Source of the DNA: the human T2T-CHM13v2.0 reference genome, Homo sapiens
Length of the DNA: 64,000 nt
Assembly: GCF_009914755.1 (NCBI RefSeq)
Contig: NC_060935.1
Reading direction: 5' to 3' (one strand)
Shown here: positions 11,241 to 26,025 of the stretch, in pieces
Layout: each line of letters starts with the position of its first letter
How positions within the stretch are numbered: position 1 is the stretch's first letter
Made by a program: the position numbers and the translations under genes
The notes under the pieces: generated by a model
The model's database searches: none
The model's input: only the letters and a program-made list of their open reading frames with translations
What the model was told of the DNA's origin: nothing

Positions 11241-12929
11241 ATATCTGGTTCCTCAACTACAAAACAGTCTCCATGGGAACATAGATGGGGGTCTTCTTTG
11301 GTGTCTGGGGTAGGTAGTGCCTGGCACCAGGGAGACGCACAGCCGATGCCTGGAGACTCTCCAGTAAGTCCAATATCTGGGTTTCTGGCCTGTGGCTCGC
11401 GATGTGCAAATAGATGTTCTGCTATTTCCAGCTTCCTGGCTCCGTTTTCTTTTCTTTTCTTTTTATTTTTTTTTCCCTGCTTTGCCTGTTACCTGTCAGC
11501 TGCAATGACTAGACTCAACTTCACAGAGCTGAGAGAGCCCAGACGGGTGCTACTCAAAAGTGAGGACACCAAATGGATGACTGTGCTCTCAAAGGAGGAA
11601 AGTGACAACCAGAGCTAAGAGTTTTTGGCTTCTAATTAAGTAACTTATGCCTGAGACTGGCAACAGCTTATCTGTTCCCCGCACCTCCCTTCCATTAACA
11701 TATGCTCGCCTCGCCTGCCTTTTCCTGCCTGTCAGGGTGGCAGCACCTTGTGTTGTCAGGAGGCCAAAAGCAGCTCCTTGGTAGCAAGTTGAGAAGATCC
11801 ATATGTCAGTGGAAACATAGCAGAGACAGACAGGGAAAAGACCAGAAAGACGGAGAGGAGCAGAGGCAGGTAAAGGAACTGAAATTAGGGGAAAGAAGGA
11901 GAGTAAAGGGGAGAGAATGCAAGGAATTCTAGGGTGTTCACAGCAAAAGGTGAAAGAGGCCCATGGAAATAAGTCATGAGGAATGGAAAAAGCTACAAAA
12001 ACACTCAGAGAAGATGAGACATACAAAGAGAAGAGCTATCTTTCTAGTTAGAAGAATGTCTCAAATCTTTGCCCCTGCTGAGCTCCAAATACAGGCAGCC
12101 CAATCACTAAAATGTTCATGAGTTCACCAGGCAGTCTTGGAAATTGCTGATGAGCCCTACATCAGAGCAACCAAACAAAAATCACACTCTTCTCCCTTAA
12201 AACAGTGCCTTCAATGCTGCTTTCTTCCTCTCTGTCCAATTATCCTATTTGCACTCAAAAGGAACGTCGTACTTGAAGGCATATTAGAAAATATTTATTT
12301 AGAATGCTATTTACCACATTGTGCCAAGGTGACAAGGGTAGGTAATAAATAGGGACACTTTCTTTAGAAAAAGAAAAAAGAAAATTTAAGTGGTAGCATC
12401 AAAGGCAGCATTTCTATTTCCAAACAGAAGAAAATAACCTTATAATGAGGAGTCATAGAGAGAACTGAAGATGCTGCTGTTACTACATATCCATCTTCAA
12501 AACCTTATTGTTCTAGTTGAAAGGGAGAGTGCAGGAGATGGAGGGAGTCAGTAAATTAGAAGAAAGGAGAAAAGTATAAATAAGTTATGCTCCCTTAAAG
12601 GCACATAGGCGAGATGAAATTCATATTTTAAAACGGGATCTTTCTGCCGTTATTAAAAGTTAAAGAACTTTGCAAAGCAGCTAAATTACTTTGTACCGTT
12701 TATTCTTTTAGCTTACTCTCTCCATTTCAATTTGTAGCATGAGACAAGAGAGGAGGAGAGGGGGTCAGTTTTTCTTTGATTTTTGCTTGTCTTATCAAGT
12801 TCCTTGTATTTGTTTTCCATCCTTGTGCATTTTCATCTACACTCACACATTCTCTTTTGGGGTAGATCACATTTGCTTAATTTTCTTTTTATTGCAAAAT
12901 CTAGACCAAATGTACAATAATCCCTTTAA

Positions 12930-13337
<408 letters not shown>

Positions 13338-13467
13338 TAGAAGGGGCCCTTTGTCATTCAGATTTTTTTTTCCCCCTATCATGGACTTCTGTTGAAAAGG
13401 ATGAATTACTTCCCAGCCCTTGCAATCACATGCTACCCTATTCTAACCTCTTCTGAAAGGATCTTAA

Positions 13468-13986
<519 letters not shown>

Positions 13987-13999
13987 ATATTTTAGTCTT

Positions 14000-14308
<309 letters not shown>

Positions 14309-15614
14309 GCCATATTTTAGTCTTAATACAGAAGTTGAATTTAAAATATCCCAATAAGTTCAGAAAGTGGGTGCAAAGAGAGAAGCGACATAAAGGATAA
14401 TATGGGGTGGCTTCATTTAGGCTTACCAATTTTTATACAGTCTCATAAAGGACCCATGAGAAAATCCAGGGAAACCAACCCATTTAATGTATTTTTGAGA
14501 AACAGCTTAACCTATTTGGGAACCATGACCCTCTCCAGCAGGGATGATTAGAAGACAGATATATTAACTTCATAATTTGTGAATTTCACAACTCTCATTT
14601 GCTTACTATTAATTAGTTCAACCTTCTTTCTTTTCCAAGGTTTCCAAAGCCTTATAACTTTTGTCCCCTCAATTAAGATGCGGAATCTCTGTCCTTGACC
14701 ATTGTTAGAATGCTAGATCCTGAAGTTCGCACTGCATGCCATGACTAGACTACGGAAAATTGTAGTTCATTTAAAATAAATGTATTATGCATTATTTAGA
14801 ATTTAACTGAGGTTATTTTATGAAAGAACACTATATTTTATTTGTATGAAATAACTTGATATGGTTTTCCAGATCAGCAATGAGAGGAGATATTATGGTT
14901 TCTCATAACTAGACTGAAAAAAAAATAGAGCTATGGGAAGGAAAGTTATAAATTTTATCCAGCAACACAGAATGTTACTTACACTTAGGATGTTAACATC
15001 TCTGACTTTTTATGTGCCTACTTTGTGATGTGCTGTTATTTCTTCTTCTCAGTCCTTTGCTTCTGAGTAAGAATCAAGTACACACCAGTAGTAAGAAGGT
15101 GCTGGAAGGTTTCATAGGCTTCCTCAGGGGTATCACACTGCCCAACCAGTCCTTTCTTTGCAGACTAGCCTTGCAGACCAAGAACTCGTGAGACTCCAGG
15201 GGCTCGGGCTAGGGAAAGGAGGCTGCATCTGGGCTATGATCACTTTGCTTCAGGGTCACACAGCAGGTAGAGGGCTGAGAGCAAGTTTTATTCTCTCTGT
15301 CTCGTCTATTCCCACAAGCAGTGACTCTTGCTTACAGATTTTGCCTCACCCGTTATGGCCCAAGAGCTGTCGGCGGTAGTTAGTTAGCTATAAATTAAAA
15401 TCTCAGCGGTGGTGTACCTGTGAATTGAATTTTTTGGGGAATGGTACTGCATTTGGACATCCCAATGGAGTGAAAGTGTTTCTTTGCTAATCAGTGTACT
15501 GTCTGTCTTTACATTTCCTTGGGGCTTCCCCTTCATATTTCTTTCCCATGGCTTCCTATACCCTATTAATGTATAAGACTCAGAAAAGATGGGTAAGGAA
15601 ATTGTGTTAGCACA

Positions 15615-16026
15615 GATGTGACAGGCTGGATTTTCTGGGAAGCAGGGATCAGCACACAGGACTTTAATTAGGGAGGACTCTTGGGCTCAACACCTGTGGA
15701 AGGCAGGCGAGGAGGCAGGATGGAGTGGAAGGGAAAGTTGAGCTGGGATGCAGTCCCAGTGACTTTCTCAGTTGCAATCCCATCCATAGCTCTGGTATCT
15801 GAAAGTCCCTTCAAAATCATACCTCAATGGAACAAAGGCGAGGCGGAGTTAGATGTTAATCAACCAGTCATTGGGTCTGGCTGTCTAGAAGATGTCACTT
15901 TAGAAAAGGAGGTTTTCTTTAGCCAAGCTGAGGCAATCCCGAAAGAGGGCTTGTAGGGAAAGCCCTTCTGGAAGCATGTCTAGCAGGTAAGGGAATACAT
16001 TATTTCTGATGAGGGACCTGCCACAA
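15615..16026 (-). mobile_element. LTR16C-like ERVL solo LTR
   Basis: attagggaggactcttgggctcaacacctgtggaagg...gttgagctgggatgcagtc...accagtcattgg...gaggcaatcccgaaagagggct. Confidence 0.7.
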
Positions 16027-16178
16027 CTGGTGAGAAAGTCCCTTCAGAAGAGCACCTGAGGCATAGTCAATGTGTTAGAGATCATAATACCTTGAAAGAG
16101 ATTCCCATAGGAAGGCCACACTGACACTTGGCTTACCTACAGCTAAAGACTTGCAGGTACTCCCCAAAAAGAATCTGA

Positions 16179-16449
<271 letters not shown>

Positions 16450-17014
16450 GAATATGTATGGTAACTAAAAGATTGATTTTTTTTTTAGTGTCCATTTGAA
16501 ATTGGTAGTTGAGAGACCAAAAATCCAAAATGTCTGAAGGACAATAGGCTTGTGGAATTTTGTAATTTTTTTTTTATTTCTATAATCCTGTTTCTGCAAT
16601 TTCTTCCTTAATGTAGACCTTCCCTATATGAAAATGCAGCCACTTCTGGCATGGTTTAATGGTTTTCAGTAAGGCTACTGATAATAATCATTAGAGTTCT
16701 GTTTATAACTGAGAAACAGACTATTCACATAATCTAAGAATTTCAAGTGGTGCTAAGGAGGGCTGAAGAAAAGTAGTTTTCATGCCAGCAAGGAAATTTG
16801 ACACTTGTTCCGGTTGTTTTAGAACCATACAAGTGGGAATCCGCCAAATATCGTGACACTATGGGGCTAACAGAGGTTAAAAAAAATTACCAAGCTGCCG
16901 TTGATTGCATCATAGCAGCATAAAAGAAAATAATAATATATATAGGCTTTGCCACTCCCAAATCTTGATGGTTAATGATTGTATGAGATAAGAGCCATAC
17001 GAATCAAGAGAGTA

Positions 17015-17270
17015 TCCACAGGTCCAAGAACAGTGAGCTTATCATCAGGCAGATCTAGTTTTGAAGACTTAGCTCTGCTTCTTATTTTAGTGGCCTTTCA
17101 TGATTACTCCTCTGAGCTTCAGTTTTCTCATCTGAAAACACAGAGATTAAAATTTCACTAACCCCATATAATTGTTTTGAGAATTCAATGTAATAATGCA
17201 TGTGGCTTTCAGCACAGTACCTGGCACATAGTGATAATTCAATACATGTTAGTTATTATTGTTATTATTA
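17015..17270 (+). mobile_element. MIR
   Basis: ctctgagcttcagttttctcatctgaaaa...cacagtacctggcacatagt...gttagttattatt. Confidence 0.8.
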
Positions 17271-19649
17271 CCCAAGAGCTTTGGATTTCTGTATACAGCT
17301 AAATTCTGCAGGCTAATAGGCCTGAATTAAATGACTAATAAAGGTGGAGGTGGGGTTCCTCTTGAGCCTTAGACCTCTGAGACTGCTCTATATTCCCAAG
17401 AAGTTCTAAACTTCAGTTATTTTTGGATTTGAACTGTTACTTTTAATAATACCGGTTTGTATCAGCTAGAGTAGAAAGACTAGAGTTGTGTCCTTCGGGG
17501 AGATAACCTACATCTCAGGTAACCCATTTCTGTTTATTTTTTGTTATTCACATTACGGATACAGAGCTCGTGGGATAAACTGTCTTAGGCTTCATTACCA
17601 ATGAAATTATATCAACAATAACTACCTGGAATGGCTGTGCCTATTGGCTTTTTTACTTCTGCATCTATTCTTTCCTCTCTTGCCACCCAAAGCAATAATG
17701 AGATTTCACAGCTGGATTCTACTTAAATATCTATGGCTGGTGAAATGGACAGTAATCTCCTATCTTGGTCATTTACAGGTTAATGTTATACCAGAACAGA
17801 CTGTATAGAGATCAGCTATTTTGGCCCAACTAAGTATTCATTCAGGCAAGGAGAAATCTCCAAGCATCCAAGTCAGTGTTGAGTTGCTTGAGAAGGCAGT
17901 CAGTAGAAACAATAACTAATTTGGATGAATAGCTGAAGCTAAATAAGACACGTTACTAAAACTTCATTCCAATTTCTTAGATTATAATATTTGATATATT
18001 TATGAAGCACACGCAAATCATGAGAACCTTTCAATCTTTAAGATTCCATTTCATAGATTATTTATGAACGTCTTATTGCAGAATCCCATTTATACCTCCA
18101 TTAGATTTCTAGCTAGGTGATTGTACAGTTCACACAACATATGTCTTACAAAATTTTACCGTGTATAAGCTAATGTATCCCCCTTTCCCGTATGTCTACT
18201 TAGGCACTTCCTGGTTTGGAAGAAGTACCTCTCATCAAAGGGGAGAGAAGTCAGTGGAGTCAGCTACGGCTGGAAAGAAGCTGGTAGTATTTAGTCACGA
18301 GAAGTTACAAATGTCAAACAGAAAGCAATATCTAGGAAAAATAATAACTTAATAATCATGAACTTGTTACCGACTGTGGCTGAGATTCTGCTAGGTGCTG
18401 AAAGTAGAATAACAAATCCCTGTGGTACTGGGTGCACCTATTCCCAAGGCTTACTCACTGTCCTATAATATCTAAGAGGTTGTAATAGAAATCATCTCTT
18501 GCTCTTATGCATTCAATGACAGCATGTGATTTTTCTACATATGGTCTAAGTTTACTTTCGTGTGAGATATATAGGTGGCTCTTACCTTCCTGACTTAGCA
18601 TTGGATATCTGATCTGGAGAGTATAACTGGAACATGAACTCATATGAGATCTAACTATCCTAACATCTGTGTTTTTTTCCTTTGGCTCTCATTTTCAAGG
18701 CTGGATCTAATGAGAAGGGCCCAGAATTGTTTGAGCAAGATGAGGGCCTTTGAATAAGTATGGAACTTCAAAATTGGATAGCTTTGGAGGACAAGACACA
18801 TCTGAGTGTATAAGTTCTGAAGAATTCGTCCAAAAGCATGTTATGTAATATGTTCATGATCCCCTGTTAAAAAATTAGCCAGGAAATTGTAACTAATTTT
18901 TAGGAAATTTCCTCTCCTGTTCAATGAGGCAACTAGCAGAATAGTACCCTTGATACACGGTATATGTGCCCAATGGAAGTACACATATCTGCAAACCTGA
19001 TTATTCATATAACGTGTATCATTTCTATAAATATATTCCATCATTAATAGTCTGTGGCTGCCTATCACTAGCTGTTAAGATAGATTAATTACACTACATT
19101 TTCACTGGAGTTAACACTGTGTGCATGTCCCTCAAGCAACCTCAGAGACAAAACCTGTCCAACTTAGGATGCTGTCTCCCCTAGGAGACACAACACACAC
19201 TCTTATTTCAATGTTGAGACTAGTTTCCATTGAATTCCCAGCGAGGCCTCACGTGATCCTACCTAATGATGCTGACGGGAAGTGACCCAATTCCGAAGCT
19301 CTGAACATCATTCCCTTGAGAATGAGGCTCCGATCTCAAGTTCGGCTGGGGAAGTGGTACCAAGGTGCAGAGCTAACTTAAAGTTAGTTATCCCGTATCT
19401 TCCTCTACCATGAAAGAGAATTCATATCAGACAAATTTAGGTTATTGACTGGGTTCGCAACTGATTCCAGGCCTTATTTTAAGAAATGAGCTTAAAGCAC
19501 ATGCTTCTTTTATTGACCTGCTTCTCTAAGGTCACTGACTGACATCAAACCATGAAGGAGTGCCCAAAATAAGAAAGCCTGCTTTAATGGACAATGCAGG
19601 GTTACCTGATAGATTTCAACACTTAATATGTTGAGTTTCCACTATTTCC

Positions 19650-19967
<318 letters not shown>

Positions 19968-20139
19968 TAGACTATGTTATTAAGCTTGTAAGAAACAGAG
20001 TTATAAATGAGACTGATCATTACCCTCAAGGACCCCACGGTTTAGAGGAAGACATAGATAATATGCACTCCAATAATCATAATGGAAGTCAGAACGTGAT
20101 AAATACTAAAACACAATAGGGTGCACACACATTTCTAAA

Positions 20140-20815
20140 ATCAATTTCCTCGTCTCTATTGGTATTGCCATCCTCCTAATTTGTAGATATGCTTTCCCTC
20201 TCTTGTCTGGACTATCAGTAGCCTTCATACTCGTCTGCTTGCCTCCAATCTTACTCTAAATCACCTTCCACGTAGCTATAGGAGTTTTTGTCCTTAGAAA
20301 GCATGTGAATATGGTCCCATTGCCTACGTGCTTAGAATCCTCAATGGCTCCTCATCGCCTACGGGATACAACCTGAACTCCTTTGAGAGGCTTGTCAGGC
20401 TTTTCTTCCTGATCTGACTCCTACCTTCTTACTCAGCTTCATTTTCCTCCTTTTCCTCAGTTACTGCTCCACTCCAGCCGTACAAAATTACTCATACCCT
20501 TCCCTCACACCTTTTCACAATCTTCTGCTTAGATTGCTTTTCTTGCTCATCTTGGTCATTTGAACTTCGTATCATCATTTAAGCTCTGCTCCAACAGTAC
20601 TGTGCCCATTATTCCAGGACTAAAATCGGGTGCGTATAGAAACTTGTGCTTGCCTCTGTTATGGTCCACAGCATCCTATGCTGTAATTGCTGGCTTGCAA
20701 GTGTGAAGTGTGAAGGCAGTGGCACCAATGTCTTTGAGGAGATGAGCCTGTCTTATTTGCTTTTGTGTGCCAGATGCATAATAGGTACTTGAAATAGTTT
20801 GTTGAATGAATGAGT
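20140..20815 (+). mobile_element. L2 3' portion (nested in an opposite-strand L2 spanning ~19612-21000)
   Basis: ctcaatggctcctcatcgcct...ends taggtacttgaaatagtttgttgaatgaatga. Confidence 0.7.
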
Positions 20816-22177
20816 GACACAAAGTGCAGGGGAAAGAGTAATTATCACTCACCAAAATATTCAGGGAGAGCTTTGGAGAACATATACTTGAGCTGGTCCA
20901 GGAGAAGGAAGAAGCATTTCAATTAGCAGAGATGAGACAAAGTTATTCCTAAAAGGGCACACACCATGTGCAGAGGCCCTTAGACTACGCCCTGCACAAT
21001 CTGTGAAGGAACCTCTGGAGTCTGGTATTAGTTTTATTCATGAAGGGTTTCTTTGGCTGACCAAATGAATCCCTATTATTCAGGCAGCCCTCACCCGAAG
21101 AACCTCAGCTGTGACTCAAGAAAACTTGTTGAAGGACTGATAGTTTCAGGACTTCAAATGCATTACGGAGGCAGCACATTTTGCCCTATCTTGCACACTT
21201 TGCTTGGCAAAATATCACTCCTAAGATAGAGCCAGAGTCTAATTCTAGCTTCTGTTACCGTTCATCATGACTTTCTCAGGTGCTCTGTCTAATGGATTAA
21301 GCTCTCTATCATGAAACTATTTTTTCCACTTAGATATATCTATTATTATTAGATGAGTAAAAATATCTGCTTAAACTGAATATTGGCCACAGAATCAGAG
21401 TTGATCCTGGAGGGAGAAACCTCATTATTAACTCCCTTTAAAAATAAAAATAGAAAACATATAGTAGGGCTGTTGACTTTATTCTGTCGCTTCAGGGACT
21501 TGGCTTTTTGGAATGTGGAATCTTAAGAGTCATTTTGAAGCATTTGCTTACTGGAGTCAGCTTTGATAGGGTGGGTTATGGTTTCAGGAACTGAGTAGTG
21601 ACAGGCTTTGATAATTCTGAATAAAGACTTCAGTAATGTCTATACAGTTAAAATAATGCAGGAGACTGGTATACTGCCGGGATAATTCAGCTCATGTAGA
21701 TTCATCTAGAATCCAATCTTTTTCCCTCCAGTCCATTTGCAGGTTTATTTCCTGAATGGTCTAGAAATTGCTTTTATTCTGAAATTCAAGACAGCCAAAG
21801 TCATAAGAAATGTCATTTTACTAACAATATGATTTGAGGCTAAGTACAGATTTAGATGATAGGTGTGAAAGTTTAACTTTTCTTTTTTTTAAAATAAGTC
21901 ATCTGCACGGCATGGCATTTTGGATGTTATTGACTGTGGTGCTGAGAACTCACGTGGCCAGTGCAAAATGGGAAGATACAAAGATATTAAAATGCAGACA
22001 TTGGCAGCTGTCTTGTTCCCCCTCTATTGATAGCCCTTCTTTCCTTTGCAGGTAATTTTTACTCTCCTGGAATGCCTTTTTACTGATTCATTTTCATATT
22101 CGCCTTCCAAATCTGGTAATATTTATTCAGACACCAAAATACATCAAAGGCCTATATTAGACATGGAAGACATAGAA

Positions 22178-22221
22178 ATTCATTCATTCATTCATTCATT
22201 CATTCATTCATTCATTTATTC
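22178..22221. repeat. (ATTC)9 microsatellite at an L2 tail
   Basis: Direct count; followed by the reverse L2 3' end. Confidence 0.9.
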
Positions 22222-23139
22222 CACAAAGTTTTATCGCTCACCTGCCATGTACAAGGTATGATTCCTGCAAACAAGGAAATTATAGTGTAAAGGTGAGAGA
22301 AAAGAAAGCCAGCAAGACCACTTGGGGGCTGCAAGTACTGTGCCAGGATTATGATTCATTGTGATGGCTTATAAAAAAGTCTGTGGTTGCATCTAACTGT
22401 GTTGGTGACCATGAAATGCATATCAGGAGGGTTTTCTACAGGATGCACCTATGAATTGCACTAATCTACTGTGAAACTCCTCATTGATCTGATTGACCAG
22501 TTCCATATTATTTAGAAAATATTAGCTTGTCCTGCCCTTGTTGCTTTTATTATTTCCATATTACAGCTAAAAAATAAAAGTGGAAAAGTGGTGAAGTCTT
22601 TAATTCTTTCAAGTGTATTCATTATACGGTATAAGATTAAGATTGAAAATACTTCAAGGGTAGGGTCTATAATTTTTTTTCTTTCTGAGTTTTTCTTTTT
22701 AACTTTTGAGATTCCATAGGGATTACTAAGTTTTGGGGCTCAAAAGTAATTGCTTACTTACTAAAAGTATGTATTTATTAAAAATACTTATTAAATAAAC
22801 ATTTGCACACACATTTCCTTAGTTTTGATGTCAGTTGTCTCAAAAATTGTCCCCATTTGCCTCCTCACTGTGGAAAGGTGCTTGCAGGTGACCCAAATAA
22901 GGACTGACAGCTACTTTCTGGTAACCAGTGTTTCTGTCTCTAGGAATAGATTTTTCCCTGAAGATTGAAAAAAAAAAAAAAGACTAGCAACATTATCTAG
23001 TTCATTGGTGCTTATCCTCTCTCCATAGGAAAAATAAAGTACATTATGCACATATGCAAAATAGTACATACACTTCCATGGTGTTGAGAGACTCACTCTC
23101 TCTCCCTCCATGCCCGTATTTTATAAGCTCTCCAAATAT

Positions 23140-23355
23140 AAACGTGCGGATTCAGACTCAAGAAGTGCAGGTTCAAGTCTCCTCTTTGTCATGAACTCGT
23201 TGGTTGCCATTAGGTATCACGTAATAGCTTTGCACTGTTTCCTTTTCTTTCTAAGTTGAGTAGTAGATCCTCTGTCTCCTAGAGTTGTTAGTAGATTAAA
23301 CTGAGATAAAGTATTGGAGGATACTTTGAGGAAAAAAAGCATTAAATATATATAT
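23140..23355 (+). mobile_element. MIR relic
   Basis: ggttcaagtc...gagttgttagtagattaaactgagataa. Confidence 0.55.
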
Positions 23356-24539
23356 TAACATTAGAGATAATAATGCTAATAAAATGAAGAATGATTTAGG
23401 ATATTACTGCAAAGTAGTTTGTTTAAAAAGAGGGCAGCCTGGTTGGAAATCTTCCCAGGAGAGCCATAGAAAATATGTTAGGGTAAGAAATAAGACTGAC
23501 CTTGATTTCAATTAATGAAACCACTTGGTTTTTAAAAAAATCTGAAAAGGATTCTTATTAGACTTATTTGTAACCATTACTGCAGTATAGACACAGATGC
23601 TCCTCATGAGTTCCTAGAGGGCGCATATGCATCAGAGTTCCAAGGAGTCAAATTCTTGGCAAGTTTTTAAAAATACTATAGTCTTTTTCAAGCTTTAAAA
23701 TGTCTGTTCAGAAACATTCTAACTCAAAGAATGCTAAAGCAGAAATTCACCATATTGCTTCACAGATATTTTCTTCCTTCCTAATTTTTAATATCAGGGC
23801 GCTACTGAAGATTGACGGATCTCAGTGGATAGCTCTATCCCCTGAGATTGCTTGACAATCACCCCAAGAAGTGATTCCTCCCAGAGGGATTGGTGAGCAG
23901 TCTGCTCTTAGCACCCAGCAGCTTTCAGGACTAAAAAACTCAAAAATTTTAAAATAAATGTTATTTGCATCCTTACCCCTTAAATGATAAATATTCTCTA
24001 ACAAATTATACATCATCTGCAAAATATCCAAACCAGAAACAGCAGACATATGCATTTTCTTCTCTTCTTCATGTTCTTCCCCATCTTCTCATTATCCTCC
24101 TTCTACATAAACTGAGCTTTGATCCGATCCATAATAAACCTCCACAGGCACTTGGTCATATACCTGGCCTGGAGGGAAAGAGAATAACTCATACTGAATG
24201 AGAACCCAGGACACTCAGCAACCCTTCTGGGCAAGAGAAATCTAATTTTATGTTGTTTTCTAAATTCTGGCTCATTCTAGCCTGGGAACAACAACAACAA
24301 CAAAATTGATAGGCAGATGCAGTGAGCTAGAGATAAATAGCCCAAGTACGGAGGCAGACATGCAATAAATAAGTCCATTGATGTGGAGCCTCTCTATATA
24401 AACAGCTGCTCAAGTTGGTTGGACATGAAGACCCAGCTGTTAGCTAGACAGGAGTTGAGTAGGTAGAGAAGAGGTAATTGGATACAGTAGGTAAAGGGAT
24501 TGACTTGGTCATTTATACAAGTGTGCACTCCCCATTGTC

Positions 24540-24890
24540 ATTTCAGAGAATAAATGCCCAGATAACCAACCGCAGTCTGTATGCGCCATCCATCCACCTG
24601 TAATGAGGTCTATGAATCATGTTCCTCCTGAAAGACAGCCTGATCTATCACTGCATTTGACAGCTGTCAATCACAGCAGCTGTCAGGAGCCCATTTGCCA
24701 TTACTCTTATGATATTCATCAAACCCAATTCAACAACAAACTCTCTGTGAAAGTGCAGATGCAGATTGCAATCACTCAACTGCATTAGATTCCCATACAA
24801 TTTGTTTTCCATTATTGCTCTGGTGAAGCTTTATTCCATTAAAAGACATCAGAGTGGACTATATTTAACCCAGAAAATTGACAGTGCTTA
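24540..24890. promoter_or_regulatory. Candidate TALE/HOX homeodomain enhancer
   Basis: No recognisable repeat; palindrome TTGACAGCTGTCAA (24657-24670) overlapping CTGTCAATCA (24664-24673, reverse of TGATTGACAG); second CAGCTGTCA at 24677-24685. Confidence 0.5.
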
Positions 24891-25127
24891 CTAAGAGGTA
24901 ATGAGCTTGGCTCAAACTGCAGACTTTCTCGGTGAAACTGAGAGCGATATCACTCCTCATTCTACACAGGAGGCAGACCTCCAATGCTTCTCCACATGTA
25001 TGAGCTAGCCTGTCTACTATGGTATATATGGGAAAACTAAAAATCCTAGGGGTGTTGAGGCTGCCAAGAAATTGAAAATGGATCTAATACTGTTACTTTG
25101 TCAGAATTTTTTTAAAAAATTTATACA

Positions 25128-25526
<399 letters not shown>

Positions 25527-25869
25527 TCACCATGACCTAAGGCATCTCTAGAAGGAAGGAGAGACGGGTAGCGCCCAGGTGAAGTAATGTAATAGCTCCA
25601 AAGCCGAATGTGATAAGCAGATGTTCCCAGAATGGCCTTTGGCCCCAGTTTTCATTTTCATGTTTTTATACTGGATGTGCCTTGAAAACAATTTATTCTT
25701 AAGCCTGTGGAGGATTTGAGGTTTCTTTCTGAGAATTACAGGCTTCCCTCCAACTTTTATGGACTTCTTCAGCATCTTCTTTTCATGGGGCTTAGTGATA
25801 GGCACGGGGTAGGTGTAATATCAGGGTGTGACCAGTTTTGGTGAGAAAGCTTTCTTCTTACAGGAGAGG

Positions 25870-26025
25870 CACAACAATTCTGTGCAATAGAGAGGATAGG
25901 TATATTATTATCTTTATTTTAAAGTTCTGGAAACCACGGTATAGTTTGCTTCCTTCATTGGGTGACACAGCAAGTAAATGCCAGAGCCAGAACTTAACCT
26001 CAGGTTGCCTGACTTTGAGTTCTTT
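25870..26025 (-). mobile_element. MIR fragment
   Basis: ggtgacacagcaagtaaatgccagagccagaacttaacctcagg. Confidence 0.6.

Noticed and set aside
18165-18290. Possible + strand exon after cccctttcccgtatgtctacttAG
   Set aside because: Weak donor (CTG|GTAGTA) and no recognisable peptide in the frames examined
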